NCBI GenBank assembly: GCA_017654855.1
Contig: CM030334.1
Span: forward strand, 2,976,001 to 3,040,000
DNA: 64,000 nt
Source of the DNA: Podospora anserina
Lineage: Eukaryota
Direction of reading: 5' to 3'
Shown here: positions 39,810 through 49,760 of the stretch, piece after piece
How positions within the stretch are numbered: the first letter of the stretch is position 1
Layout of the letters: every line of letters begins with the position of its first letter
Position numbers and translations under genes: made by a program
The notes under the pieces: model-generated
What the model saw: the letters and a program-made list of their open reading frames with translations, nothing else
What the model was told of the DNA's origin: nothing
The model's database searches: none

Positions 39810-41645
39810 GTGGTGATGGGATATCCAGTCGGCGATAGTGAGCGCCGGCTATATTGGTAATACAAAGCATATATGGGAATGGGAGCGGGAGTTTTGCGTG
39901 TATAGCCTGTCGAGATTTGGGCCGTAGGTGTTGGGTTGGGGCATTTACTTGGAATTTCAAGTAGGTATGCGGGAACGGAATAAAACGATTTCCAGTGACG
40001 GTAAAGCAAGGCATAGAGAGATTTCCTGCCAGCTACACGTTATAGAGTCAAAAGATAGAACTAATACAGGCTTGACGGCGTGAACATTTCAGGGCATCGG
40101 ATCTCTCTGCTAAGGATGCTTGATTGTACTCTGCGGATGACATTGCATGTGTTGTGTTCAAAAAGTCAGACATATTGATCTTGTCCCCCGCTCACGTGAA
40201 AGGCTGAGCTGAGACGTGGGTGCTGAAGAGACACGAGGCGGCCCGGCACAAACCAGGGGGTTGGCGTGCATTTTCGGTTAGGAATAAGAGAGTGACGTCA
40301 ACGGCGCTGCAGCTACCAGACGACTTTAAACCTAACGGCAGCCGATGTCCCACGACGACTCGGGCTCTCTGGAGAGGAAAGAAAAATGGCCCTGTCCTAT
40401 GGGGGGTGGCGGGTGTAAGTGATATCTACATTAGCAAACCCTAGTGTAGGATATTATCACACTATGCATGGCATCTGCCCTACTATGCTTGGGCGCGCAT
40501 CCGGGCCAAGGCAAAAGTTCGCGCGCCTGTTCCGGATCCGTAATTTGTTTCTGCGTTAAAAAAGCACAAGCGCAGAAAGAGGGGCAAGCGATTGAGCCAC
40601 AAGCTACACGGGCACCGAACAGATGGATTTGGAGCCCGCTCGCTGGGGAAATGGGAAAACTTGGAAATCCGACCACACAGCAAACCCACTTCGTCCTGAT
40701 TACGGTTTCTGGTATTGCCCATTCCATCCCGGCCATCTCTCCATTCAACCTACCACCAGCACCTACCTATCTTATCCCACATTCCCCTATCCACACTCAC
40801 ACACACACAAACAACTTGCTGCTGCCCGTGGTGTGCTGCTGCTGTGTGATTTGTGTGTGGTCGCCTCGAGTGGTTTTTGTTTCCTACTCGACTGTTCCAA
40901 ATTTGGACCCGCCCTGCCGCCACCCACTCACTGTCGGGCCCGGGGTGCCGTTTCTCTTTCTTGGACTTGCGTTGGGGTTTACTTGGCAGATTTCCTCCTG
41001 ACCGTTCCGTCCTGCCCATCGTCTGCAGCTGGCCCAATCCTGAGATCTATCTGACCGTATTTGACCATCCTGCACCACCAGACCGATGAACCCGCACTAA
41101 TTTGTGACCACCTAGGTACTCGAGCTCACCTCAGCCTTTGGTGTTCCTTTTTACCTACAAGTGCCGTCTGATACCCCATACCTATAACTATACCTACCTA
41201 TACCTATACCCTAGCCGGTGTAGCTGTTTACCACTCAGCAGTCACCGGTTCACCGAGTTGTGATAACTCTCTGGCCGCCTAAACTCCCGCCACAGCTTCG
41301 CGATATCTGACCACCCGCCCCCGCGCTTTTCCCGGCACTTCCCTCGCAACTTGAAATCCAGCCACATTTCCGGCGCTGGCCGCTCGATACCGCGCACGAA
41401 GGAAACTCGAGATATCTCGTTGCTGCAACGCTGAAAAATTTGGATCGAGTTTCGTGGACTCGACTCAAGGACCCGCTTTGTCTCTGCCATTCGTTCGCCC
41501 CCGCTTGCCGACATCCGTTCCCCTCTCCAGCATCAACAGCTTCGAGGCCATGAGCTGAACGGAATATGACGACCTTCGCGACCACCCCTGCCCGACGAGC
41601 CTGTGATCCCTGAGTCCGCGGGGCTTTGTTCGAGTTTCCGCGACT

Positions 41646-44600
41646 ATGGATACCGCCGCGAGGCTGCTCGACGAGCAGCTCGAGTCCCCGGCCCGCCTCT
41701 TCGAGAGGCTGCATCAGATTTCTGGCTATGTTTGGGACGACTCAAGGCCACCATTTCATTCAACCTACGATAATTGGCACATATATGGGACGAGATTTGT
41801 TTCGCCGTTTTCCAGCGGGGGGGCTGTTCCGACATCACCGGCGCCTCACAACAGTCCAGCAAGCCAGCCGGGCGTTGCCGGTTTCACCCTACCTCCCGCG
41901 CATCGACCGTCCTCCCGCGACCACCGCCCATCGACATCGTCTCAGCTTAGCGAAGTCGGCAGCGAACGTTCCGCCACCTCTCTCCCAGTAATCCCGCCCA
42001 CTGGGTCCGATGTCCCGGTGATAGAAGAGCCGGTAGTGGCTCGGGTGTCATATCACGTACTACGAGAGGAGAGGACTTTTCATATTTTTAAAAGCTTGAT
42101 CGCACACACCGATTCGAGTGCCGAACGCGAGCGGATAGTAAAACCGCTCGACATAATTCGACTTCCAGCTTTACCAGGAGATAGAGGGGCCGTCATTGTC
42201 ACAGTCTATGAGGATCCCGGGCCCAACTACCTGTGGGATGTCTTGGATTTAGGACCTGCTTTTTATTATGCGAAGAAGCATGGAGATGGGTGGGAGCCTT
42301 CCCGTCCTGGGCACACTGGGCACAAACTAGCCCCTCCCATCAGCTTACAGCACTTTTTGGATTTTGCCATTGGGTCGGCGCAAAGTCTGGAAATGATCCA
42401 TCATGGGCAAGGCACGATTCACGGCGAAATACGTGGCGACACATTCCACTATAATGTCGAAACAAATAAGGTGAAGCTGGTGTGCCTTGGCTCAGGGTTG
42501 AGATCATTTGAGCATGGACTCACCAGCACCGGTTGGTCGGCCTTATCAAGAGAACTAGGCGCAAAGCACAAGCTGCAATACATCAGTCCCGAACAAACCG
42601 GACGGATGCCGGCCGAACCGGATACCCGGACAGACATATACTCGTTAGGTGCTCTGTTCTGGAGCCTTCTTACCCAACATCCCGTATTTCACGGAGAATC
42701 CCCCCTCGACGTTGTACAAGGCGTGCTCAGTCGCAGGATACCCAGCATTTCAACATTCCGAATAGATGTCCCCGAGGTGATTGGGCGTATCATCCAGAAG
42801 TGCACCGCAAAAAATGTTAATGACAGGTACTATTCCGCCAGCGGTCTTCGGCATGACCTGACCTGGGTCAAGAAGTTGCTTGGGGTGGGAGATTTACAAG
42901 CTTTGAAGGACATGAAAATCGGCACCAACGACGTCTCGTCCTTTTTTAGACTGCCATCATCGATGATTGGACGGGAGCGGGAACGGGCCGAGCTCCTCAA
43001 AGTAATCGATAGAGTGGCCAAGAGACACAGTCTGGCTCTGAATGGTGCTGCCGCACATCGCCAGTCTGATGGCTCAAACGTATCGACCGAGGTGGACGCT
43101 GCCGATGTTTCGAGTGATGGAGCCAGCTCTGCCGAAGGGACGAACCGCTTTGGGACCTCAGTTACAAACAAGGATCGACGGAGCAGTCTTTATCACTCTG
43201 CTGTGGGCGTCGATTCCGTGGGCGCCTACACAGAGGTCAACTCGTCTGGGGCCGTGAGACCACCCCGGCCGTGGGATCGGCAACACAGCGTGTCTCTAAA
43301 AGAATCGGTCCAGAGCGCGGAAGCAAGCACGTCAGAACCTTCCTGGCGGAGTGCCGCGGTGGCAACCAACGGGACCGACTCTTCAGCGGCTAGCATATCC
43401 CGACCACTCGGCCCTGCAAAATATCGGAAGCAAGGCCAGTGTGAGATTGTGATGATCGAAGGTGCAGGTGGGCTCGGCAAGACCTGTCTGGTTCAGTCCG
43501 TTCTGGTGGATGCCCGCAGAATGGGCTATTGCGCAACAGCCAAGTTCGACACTGCAAGGAGGACGGCCTACGGGCCCCTCATCAAGCTGTTGTCTTCCCT
43601 TTTCCGCCAAGTCTGGGGGGAGAGGAACACAGATACCCCGTTTCATCAGGCTTTGAAGCAATCCGTCCGTCCCACATGGCCCACATTGCACAAGGTGCTA
43701 GGTCTTCCTGAGCATATGCTCCCACGTCTAGATACGCCCCTTGGGAGATCATCTTCCAGTCCTCAGCCTCCGAAATCTAACAACTTGAGGAGGCGACCTT
43801 CTTCGCCAGAATTCTCTGGCGCTTCTTCAAAACTGGGAGCTTCCTCGGCTTCTTCCTCGGCCCAAAGCACCCAAGAATTCCTTCGAGGCGGCTCAACTAC
43901 CAAAGTAAACCGTCTCGCCAACATCTTCCTCGACGTTTTGCGACTATTCACACGCCACAAGTTTATCTGTTTCTGTTTGGACGACCTTCACTATGCGGAC
44001 GACGAGAGTTTGGAGCTCATCACGCAGATTGTCAGTGCCAAACTGCAGATGGTGCTCATAATCACTTACCGTCCAGACGAAATGTCTCCCGAAAAGCTAT
44101 ATACAATAACAAATCCGCCAAAGTCCGAGGATCACCTTCGGGCTTGTTACCCCATAACCACCAAAATCACGCTGGATCCACTTAGCGAGGAAGAAATTCG
44201 AGAGTATGTCTCGACAACGCTCTCGTTACCTAAAGATCAGGTCGTCTCGCTAGCTCTCGTTCTCCAGTCAAAAACAGCAGGAAACCCCTTTTATATGAGG
44301 GAGATGCTCAGTGCTGGTCACCGCAAGAAGTGTATCTGGTATGACTACACTGAGGGCCGGTGGAAGTTTGACCTGGATCGGCTGTTTGAGCACTTCCGTG
44401 GGGAGCAAGACTACGACGTGCTTGATACAGCATTTATTACCCGTCGTCTGGGAGAGCTACCACAGGAATCGAGATCAATCCTGGCCTGGGCTGCTCTCAT
44501 TGGGCAGACGTTTTCCCTCGACCTTATCGAAAAGTTGATGGAAGGCGAGTTCTACTATACCGACGACAACCAAGACGGGAGTGATGACTGCGCCATCCTT

Positions 44601-47600
44601 CCGCATGGGAAGCAGGACATCTTTGCAGGGCTGGAAGCTGCCATCCAGGCGTACATCATCATCCCAGGAGACCGGGATGACCAGTTCCGCTTCGCTCACG
44701 ACAGATATATCCAGGCTGCGTCTGCGCTCAGAGAGTGCAACTCGCTCAAGATGCACTTCGTCATTGCTCGCACGCTCCTCGCGCATTTCCCCAAATCCCA
44801 AGAAAACACGGCTTCCCATATTTGCGAATCAATCGAAGTCATCAAAAAGCGAATATCGGAAAGGGCACCGTTCAGAAAGGTCTTGATGGAGCGGGCAGGA
44901 GAGGCGGTCGAGAGCGGCGCGCGACCCACAGCGGCAAAGTATTACAGCAATGCTCTAGCCCTGCTGCAGTCGGACCCATGGAATGACGATGCGCCGGATG
45001 TGTCGTATGAGGAAACACTCCAGCTACATCGTCGGGCTGCTGAGTGCTTTTTGTACATGGGCCGTCCCCCCTCGGCAAACATGCTTCTGCAGACAATGAT
45101 TGAGAACGCAAGGTCACCGCTTGACAAGACTCCTGCTTGGGTGCTGCAGTCGAGAATTTTTGCTCAGAGCGGTGACTCTGCCCAGGCCTTGACGTCGTTG
45201 CGGCAGTGTTTGCGGGCGTTTGGCGTCAATGTGGACGAATGTCCCACCATGAAGAAATGCGACGAGCAGTTTGAGAAGCTGTCAGTCAAGATTCAAAATA
45301 TGGACCGTCAAGACGTCATGAATCCACTAGCGTCAAGCGATCCTCCACCCGAATCTCTGGTATCCCTAGGAGCCGTGTTGGCCGAGACAACAAGTGCTGG
45401 CTGGTGGAGCGATTGCGTCGTGTTCTACCAGCTTGCCCTGTTGATGGTCGAGACTCACTTTACCAAGGGTCCCTATCCGCAGTCGGGCATGGCGTTTTTG
45501 CACATGTCCATGATTGCACTCTCTCGGTTCAACATGGTAGATTTTGCGCAATCTCTGGCGAGCATCTGTTTTGATTTATTACAAAAATCATCGGACCCAT
45601 TTTCCTTGGTCCGGGGCTACATGATCTACGCCAACTTCATCGGCAACATTCAAGACCTCACCGGGGCCACTGTGGAGCAGCTGGAAGCCAACGTGCTGGC
45701 GGCAGCTCCCTTGGGAGATAGAGTCTCCGTCATTCTTAGCTTTGGGCTTCTTGCTCTGCTCAAGTTCTTTGCCAGTCAGGACTGTGCCGAACTCGAGGTT
45801 TACTGCCAGTTTGCCTGCGACGACATCCCCAGCTGGCACCTCGACACAAAGGGCGGCACGCTTCTGATAAGTGTACGCCAGCTTTGCCGCGCTCTGCAGG
45901 GAAAAACCCGAGCATCTCAACCGCTTGAGGTTATGAACGATGATCAGCACGACGCTTCAACCTACAAGAACTGGCTGAATACGCACACCAACAATGGCGG
46001 CAGGTCGCTCCTACTCTACGAGACAATGGAGATCGTACCGCTCTTCCTCTACGGACACTACGGGCGAGCCATCGAAATTGGAAAGGCGTGCTTGGAACAG
46101 GCGGAACTTTTGTGGTCCGCTCGAAACACCAGGCTAGCCATGTTCTTTTACGGCTTGGCTCTGGCCGGCACGGTGCTCCGGGAACAGCAGGACCCTCGCG
46201 AGCCACCAAAGGGGGACCCCAAGGTTCGACGTGATGAGGCGATTCGCAAGGTGGAAGAGCTCAACCGGAAGATCAAGGATTGGAAGGCTGTTCACAATGT
46301 CAACTATCTTGCCTGGTCTAAGCTCCTTGATGCTCAGGTCTCGGAGATGCTGGGCAATCATGGGATAGCCATTCGACAATACGAGGAGGCGCTCGACCAC
46401 GCGTCGGAGCATGGTTTTGTGTTTGAGGAGGCACTTGGAAACTACCTGATGGCCAACATCTTCATTAGGAATGCTGCAAGACGGTCGGCCAGGTCAGCCC
46501 TTCGAGATGCTGTTAGTCTGTACCGCCAGTTTGGTGCTACGGGCATTGCGGACCTCATTGAGACTGAGCACAGTATTCTTCTACATGGGCCGGCTGGCAA
46601 CCTTCGAACGTGTGATGCCGGGGTTCAGACGGACTTCTTCGGCGATACAGCGTCGGTTCAGTACCGTGGTGTCGACACTGAGGAGTCGCAGCAGTCGACG
46701 CGTGCGGCGGTGGCGGCGCTCAAGGGGGAGCGGATGATGGCGTGGAGAGGGTCCATGCAGCCAGAGGCGGGGGCCGGTCTGCCTGCGCTTGATATGATCG
46801 ATTTGCATGGCATTCTCACCTCTTCACAGGCCATCTCTTCGGTGTTGAGGGTTGATGAGCTTCTCCGGACTATGTGCTCTGTGATCTTGCAGGCTTGCAG
46901 CGGGTCTGCGACGTTTGCTGCTATTATTGTTCAGGATGAGGGCAGTGTAGATTGGTGCGTGGCTGCAAGTGGTGATTCAGAGAATGGTGCTACGGCTCAT
47001 ATTCCGGGTATTCCGCTCAGCGGCACCGATCTTGTGCCTGAGAACGTTATATTGTACTGCACTCGACTGCGAGAGAAGGTCTTCCTCCAGGATTTGGTCA
47101 ATGACGAGAGGTTTGGCAACGTCAGTGACCAGTGGTTACGCAAGAACCCAAACAGCAAGGCTGTCATTGCTGTTCCTATTCGTCATGGGAATAGCAAGCC
47201 TCTGTTGGGGGTGCTCTATCTCGAAGGCCTCCCTGGATCGTTCACAGATCGCAACGTTACTGTGCTGGAGCTTCTTGTCGGACAAATTAGCATCAGCTAC
47301 TCCAATGCCTTGTCCATGAAGTCTGTGGAGAGGGTCTCGGCTGAGAATATCTCCATGGTTGAGCTGCAGAAACAGGCTTTGGCGACAGCGATCGAGGCTG
47401 AGGCCAAGGCCAAGAATGCTGAAGCAGAGGCCATTCGCAATGTCAAGCTTGCTGAGGAAGCCACAAAGGCCAAGTCAATATTCCTTGCCAACGTCTCTCA
47501 CGAGCTGCGCACGCCACTCAATGGTGTCATTGGCAACTCGGAACTTCTTCGTGACAGCGGCCTCAACAGAGAGCAGATGGAGATGGCGGACTCCATCAGA

Positions 47601-48968
47601 GTATCGGCAGATTTATTGCTCACGGTTATCAACGACATCCTCGACTTTTCACGCATGGAAGCGGACAAGATGAAGCTGTACATTATCGCCTTCAACCCGG
47701 AGGAGATGGTCCGAGAAGTGGTACGAGCAGTCTCTTACAGCAACCGGGAGAAGACGTCCAAAAAGAACGTTAAGATTGTCCAAGACATCAATCTCCCGCC
47801 TATGCTCATCTACGGAGACCCGATACGTCTGCACCAAGTACTCGGCAACCTGATAGGAAACAGTTTGAAGTTCACCGAGGACGGGTCCATCACCATCGGC
47901 GCTCGGATCGACGAGGAGACTCCTGACAAGGCCACCTTGACGTTCTGGGTCAAGGACACGGGCATTGGTATCTCCCAGCAGCACCTCGAAAACCTGTTCC
48001 AGCCCTTCAGCCAAGCAGACGCCAGCACAGCGAGAAAGTATGGCGGTAGCGGTCTTGGGTTGAGTATCTGCAAATCCTTGATCGAGACGATGATGGAAGG
48101 CACGATCCAGCTCGAAAGCGAAGAAAACGTCGGCACCACTGCCTGGTTCACGGTTACTTTTGAGAAAGCCAAGCCAGAGGTGGTGGCGGGCGACGAGCAA
48201 GCTCTTGCCAATGGTGACGACGGCCTGCTCCCGGTTGAATCCGCCTACCGGCAACAACAATCAAACTCTGAAAACTCGTCCGACAGCACCACACTGACAG
48301 GCGGTTTCCAACCTTCCTCCTCCCACCCTCCTCTGCCCCCGGCCCCACCAAACCTAACCCAGATCCCTAAAAATGAGCTGAGGATCTGCATAGCGGAAGA
48401 CAACGCCATCAACGCCAAGATTGCGATGCAGTACATGCAACGCTTGGGTTACCCAAACGTGGACACGTATGAGAACGGCCTCAAGGCGGTGGAGGGGTTG
48501 AGGGAGAAGGCGAAGGAGGGGAGGCCGTATCACATCATCCTGATGGACGTGCAGATGCCTGTGCTGGACGGGTACGAGGCGACGAAGCTGCTGAGGACGG
48601 ACGAGCTGGAGAGCGTGAGGAAGGTGCTGGTCATTGCGATGACGGCGAGCGCGATCCAGGGGGATAGGGAGAAGTGTTTGGCGGCGGGGATGAATGATTA
48701 CCTGGCGAAGCCGGTCCGGGGGGAGGTGCTGAAACGGAAGCTGGAGGCTTACCTTGGGGCGGGAGGGACTACGCCTGCTAGCGGGGGGCCTGTTAATGTT
48801 GCTTCTGCTGCGGTTGGGGGTGTAGTGGGGAATGGGGTTGAGAAGAAGAAGGTTGCGGGGGGTGAGGTGGAGGGTGAGAAAACTGTGGAGGTTGATGGTG
48901 AGCGAGATAAGACTGAGGTAAAGGGGAAGGAGGATGAGAGGGATAAGGGCGGTGGTGATGGGCATTGA
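41646..48968 (+). CDS. Group X hybrid histidine kinase (Chk1/Mak2-3 type): kinase-like, AAA, GAF, HisKA, HATPase and receiver domains; 2440 aa
   Basis: Single ORF. Kinase-like HGEIRGD and YISPEQTGR; P-loop GAGGLGKT and Walker B FCLDD; GAF GVLYLE; H-box NVSHELRTPLNG; G-boxes DTGIGI and GGSGLGL; receiver ILMDVQMP. Confidence 0.96.
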   Translation: MDTAARLLDEQLESPARLFERLHQISGYVWDDSRPPFHSTYDNWHIYGTRFVSPFSSGGAVPTSPAPHNSPASQPGVAGFTLPPAHRPSSRDHRPSTSSQLSEVGSERSATSLPVIPPTGSDVPVIEEPVVARVSYHVLREERTFHIFKSLIAHTDSSAERERIVKPLDIIRLPALPGDRGAVIVTVYEDPGPNYLWDVLDLGPAFYYAKKHGDGWEPSRPGHTGHKLAPPISLQHFLDFAIGSAQSLEMIHHGQGTIHGEIRGDTFHYNVETNKVKLVCLGSGLRSFEHGLTSTGWSALSRELGAKHKLQYISPEQTGRMPAEPDTRTDIYSLGALFWSLLTQHPVFHGESPLDVVQGVLSRRIPSISTFRIDVPEVIGRIIQKCTAKNVNDRYYSASGLRHDLTWVKKLLGVGDLQALKDMKIGTNDVSSFFRLPSSMIGRERERAELLKVIDRVAKRHSLALNGAAAHRQSDGSNVSTEVDAADVSSDGASSAEGTNRFGTSVTNKDRRSSLYHSAVGVDSVGAYTEVNSSGAVRPPRPWDRQHSVSLKESVQSAEASTSEPSWRSAAVATNGTDSSAASISRPLGPAKYRKQGQCEIVMIEGAGGLGKTCLVQSVLVDARRMGYCATAKFDTARRTAYGPLIKLLSSLFRQVWGERNTDTPFHQALKQSVRPTWPTLHKVLGLPEHMLPRLDTPLGRSSSSPQPPKSNNLRRRPSSPEFSGASSKLGASSASSSAQSTQEFLRGGSTTKVNRLANIFLDVLRLFTRHKFICFCLDDLHYADDESLELITQIVSAKLQMVLIITYRPDEMSPEKLYTITNPPKSEDHLRACYPITTKITLDPLSEEEIREYVSTTLSLPKDQVVSLALVLQSKTAGNPFYMREMLSAGHRKKCIWYDYTEGRWKFDLDRLFEHFRGEQDYDVLDTAFITRRLGELPQESRSILAWAALIGQTFSLDLIEKLMEGEFYYTDDNQDGSDDCAILPHGKQDIFAGLEAAIQAYIIIPGDRDDQFRFAHDRYIQAASALRECNSLKMHFVIARTLLAHFPKSQENTASHICESIEVIKKRISERAPFRKVLMERAGEAVESGARPTAAKYYSNALALLQSDPWNDDAPDVSYEETLQLHRRAAECFLYMGRPPSANMLLQTMIENARSPLDKTPAWVLQSRIFAQSGDSAQALTSLRQCLRAFGVNVDECPTMKKCDEQFEKLSVKIQNMDRQDVMNPLASSDPPPESLVSLGAVLAETTSAGWWSDCVVFYQLALLMVETHFTKGPYPQSGMAFLHMSMIALSRFNMVDFAQSLASICFDLLQKSSDPFSLVRGYMIYANFIGNIQDLTGATVEQLEANVLAAAPLGDRVSVILSFGLLALLKFFASQDCAELEVYCQFACDDIPSWHLDTKGGTLLISVRQLCRALQGKTRASQPLEVMNDDQHDASTYKNWLNTHTNNGGRSLLLYETMEIVPLFLYGHYGRAIEIGKACLEQAELLWSARNTRLAMFFYGLALAGTVLREQQDPREPPKGDPKVRRDEAIRKVEELNRKIKDWKAVHNVNYLAWSKLLDAQVSEMLGNHGIAIRQYEEALDHASEHGFVFEEALGNYLMANIFIRNAARRSARSALRDAVSLYRQFGATGIADLIETEHSILLHGPAGNLRTCDAGVQTDFFGDTASVQYRGVDTEESQQSTRAAVAALKGERMMAWRGSMQPEAGAGLPALDMIDLHGILTSSQAISSVLRVDELLRTMCSVILQACSGSATFAAIIVQDEGSVDWCVAASGDSENGATAHIPGIPLSGTDLVPENVILYCTRLREKVFLQDLVNDERFGNVSDQWLRKNPNSKAVIAVPIRHGNSKPLLGVLYLEGLPGSFTDRNVTVLELLVGQISISYSNALSMKSVERVSAENISMVELQKQALATAIEAEAKAKNAEAEAIRNVKLAEEATKAKSIFLANVSHELRTPLNGVIGNSELLRDSGLNREQMEMADSIRVSADLLLTVINDILDFSRMEADKMKLYIIAFNPEEMVREVVRAVSYSNREKTSKKNVKIVQDINLPPMLIYGDPIRLHQVLGNLIGNSLKFTEDGSITIGARIDEETPDKATLTFWVKDTGIGISQQHLENLFQPFSQADASTARKYGGSGLGLSICKSLIETMMEGTIQLESEENVGTTAWFTVTFEKAKPEVVAGDEQALANGDDGLLPVESAYRQQQSNSENSSDSTTLTGGFQPSSSHPPLPPAPPNLTQIPKNELRICIAEDNAINAKIAMQYMQRLGYPNVDTYENGLKAVEGLREKAKEGRPYHIILMDVQMPVLDGYEATKLLRTDELESVRKVLVIAMTASAIQGDREKCLAAGMNDYLAKPVRGEVLKRKLEAYLGAGGTTPASGGPVNVASAAVGGVVGNGVEKKKVAGGEVEGEKTVEVDGERDKTEVKGKEDERDKGGGDGH

Positions 48969-49047
48969 CTAGTGGATGTGGTCACGGTTGGGGGTTGTGT
49001 TGCGGCTGGGGTGCTGGTGGGTTTGTGGTTTGTGTATTGAAGATGTT

Positions 49048-49078
49048 TTGTTGTTGTTGTTGTTGTTGCTGTTGTTGC

Positions 49079-49159
<81 letters not shown>
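49048..49159. repeat. (TTG)~37 trinucleotide microsatellite
   Basis: TTG array with two CTG interruptions in the kinase 3' region. It creates the spurious poly-Cys and poly-Leu ORFs. Confidence 0.95.
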
Positions 49160-49504
49160 GAGAAAGTTTGTTTAAATTCAGGTTGTATGTTGATGGTGGT
49201 TGTTGGTGTTGTGAAAAAGAAAGAAGAAAGAAAGAAAGAGGAGAGAGAGATTTATATCATGAGCATTTGCAATTGGGGAAATTTAGGGCAAAGGGATATC
49301 TTTTTTTTCATCATTTTTATATCATGAGAGAGAGAGTGTGTGTGTGGAAAGTTTGGGACAAATTTACTTTTATTTTCTTTTTCTCTTTTTCGGGGGTTTG
49401 GTATCTCTTTTTGGTTGTTGCTGTTGCTTTTTGTTGTTGTGGTTGGGGTTGTTGTGGTTTGCGTAGATACCTTTATGCATGCATATCTTAGGTTTTATGT
49501 TTTC

Positions 49505-49532
49505 TTTTTTTTTTTTTTTTTTTTTTTTTTTT
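49505..49532. repeat. Poly(T) tract
   Basis: About 28 consecutive T between the convergent kinase and HET genes. Confidence 0.9.
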
Positions 49533-49760
49533 GGATGTTTGGATTGGGGATCGGTGGCAAACTTGATGATAAATATGGTTATGTATGTATGTACTATGTG
49601 CCTAGGTTTTTTGTCAGGTTTGGGATGGATTGGGGAAGGGGTGGGGGGGTGCGGGAGTAAATGTAGAGAGGAATATATACGTGTTGTATACCTTGTATAT
49701 ATTGTCGCTGTTCACTTGATATCATCTAAAACGAGATGAAGTTACAAATGGCTGGGTGTA

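Noticed and set aside
48965-49327. Poly-Cys (120 aa) and poly-Leu ORFs
   Set aside because: Artefacts of the (TTG)n microsatellite.
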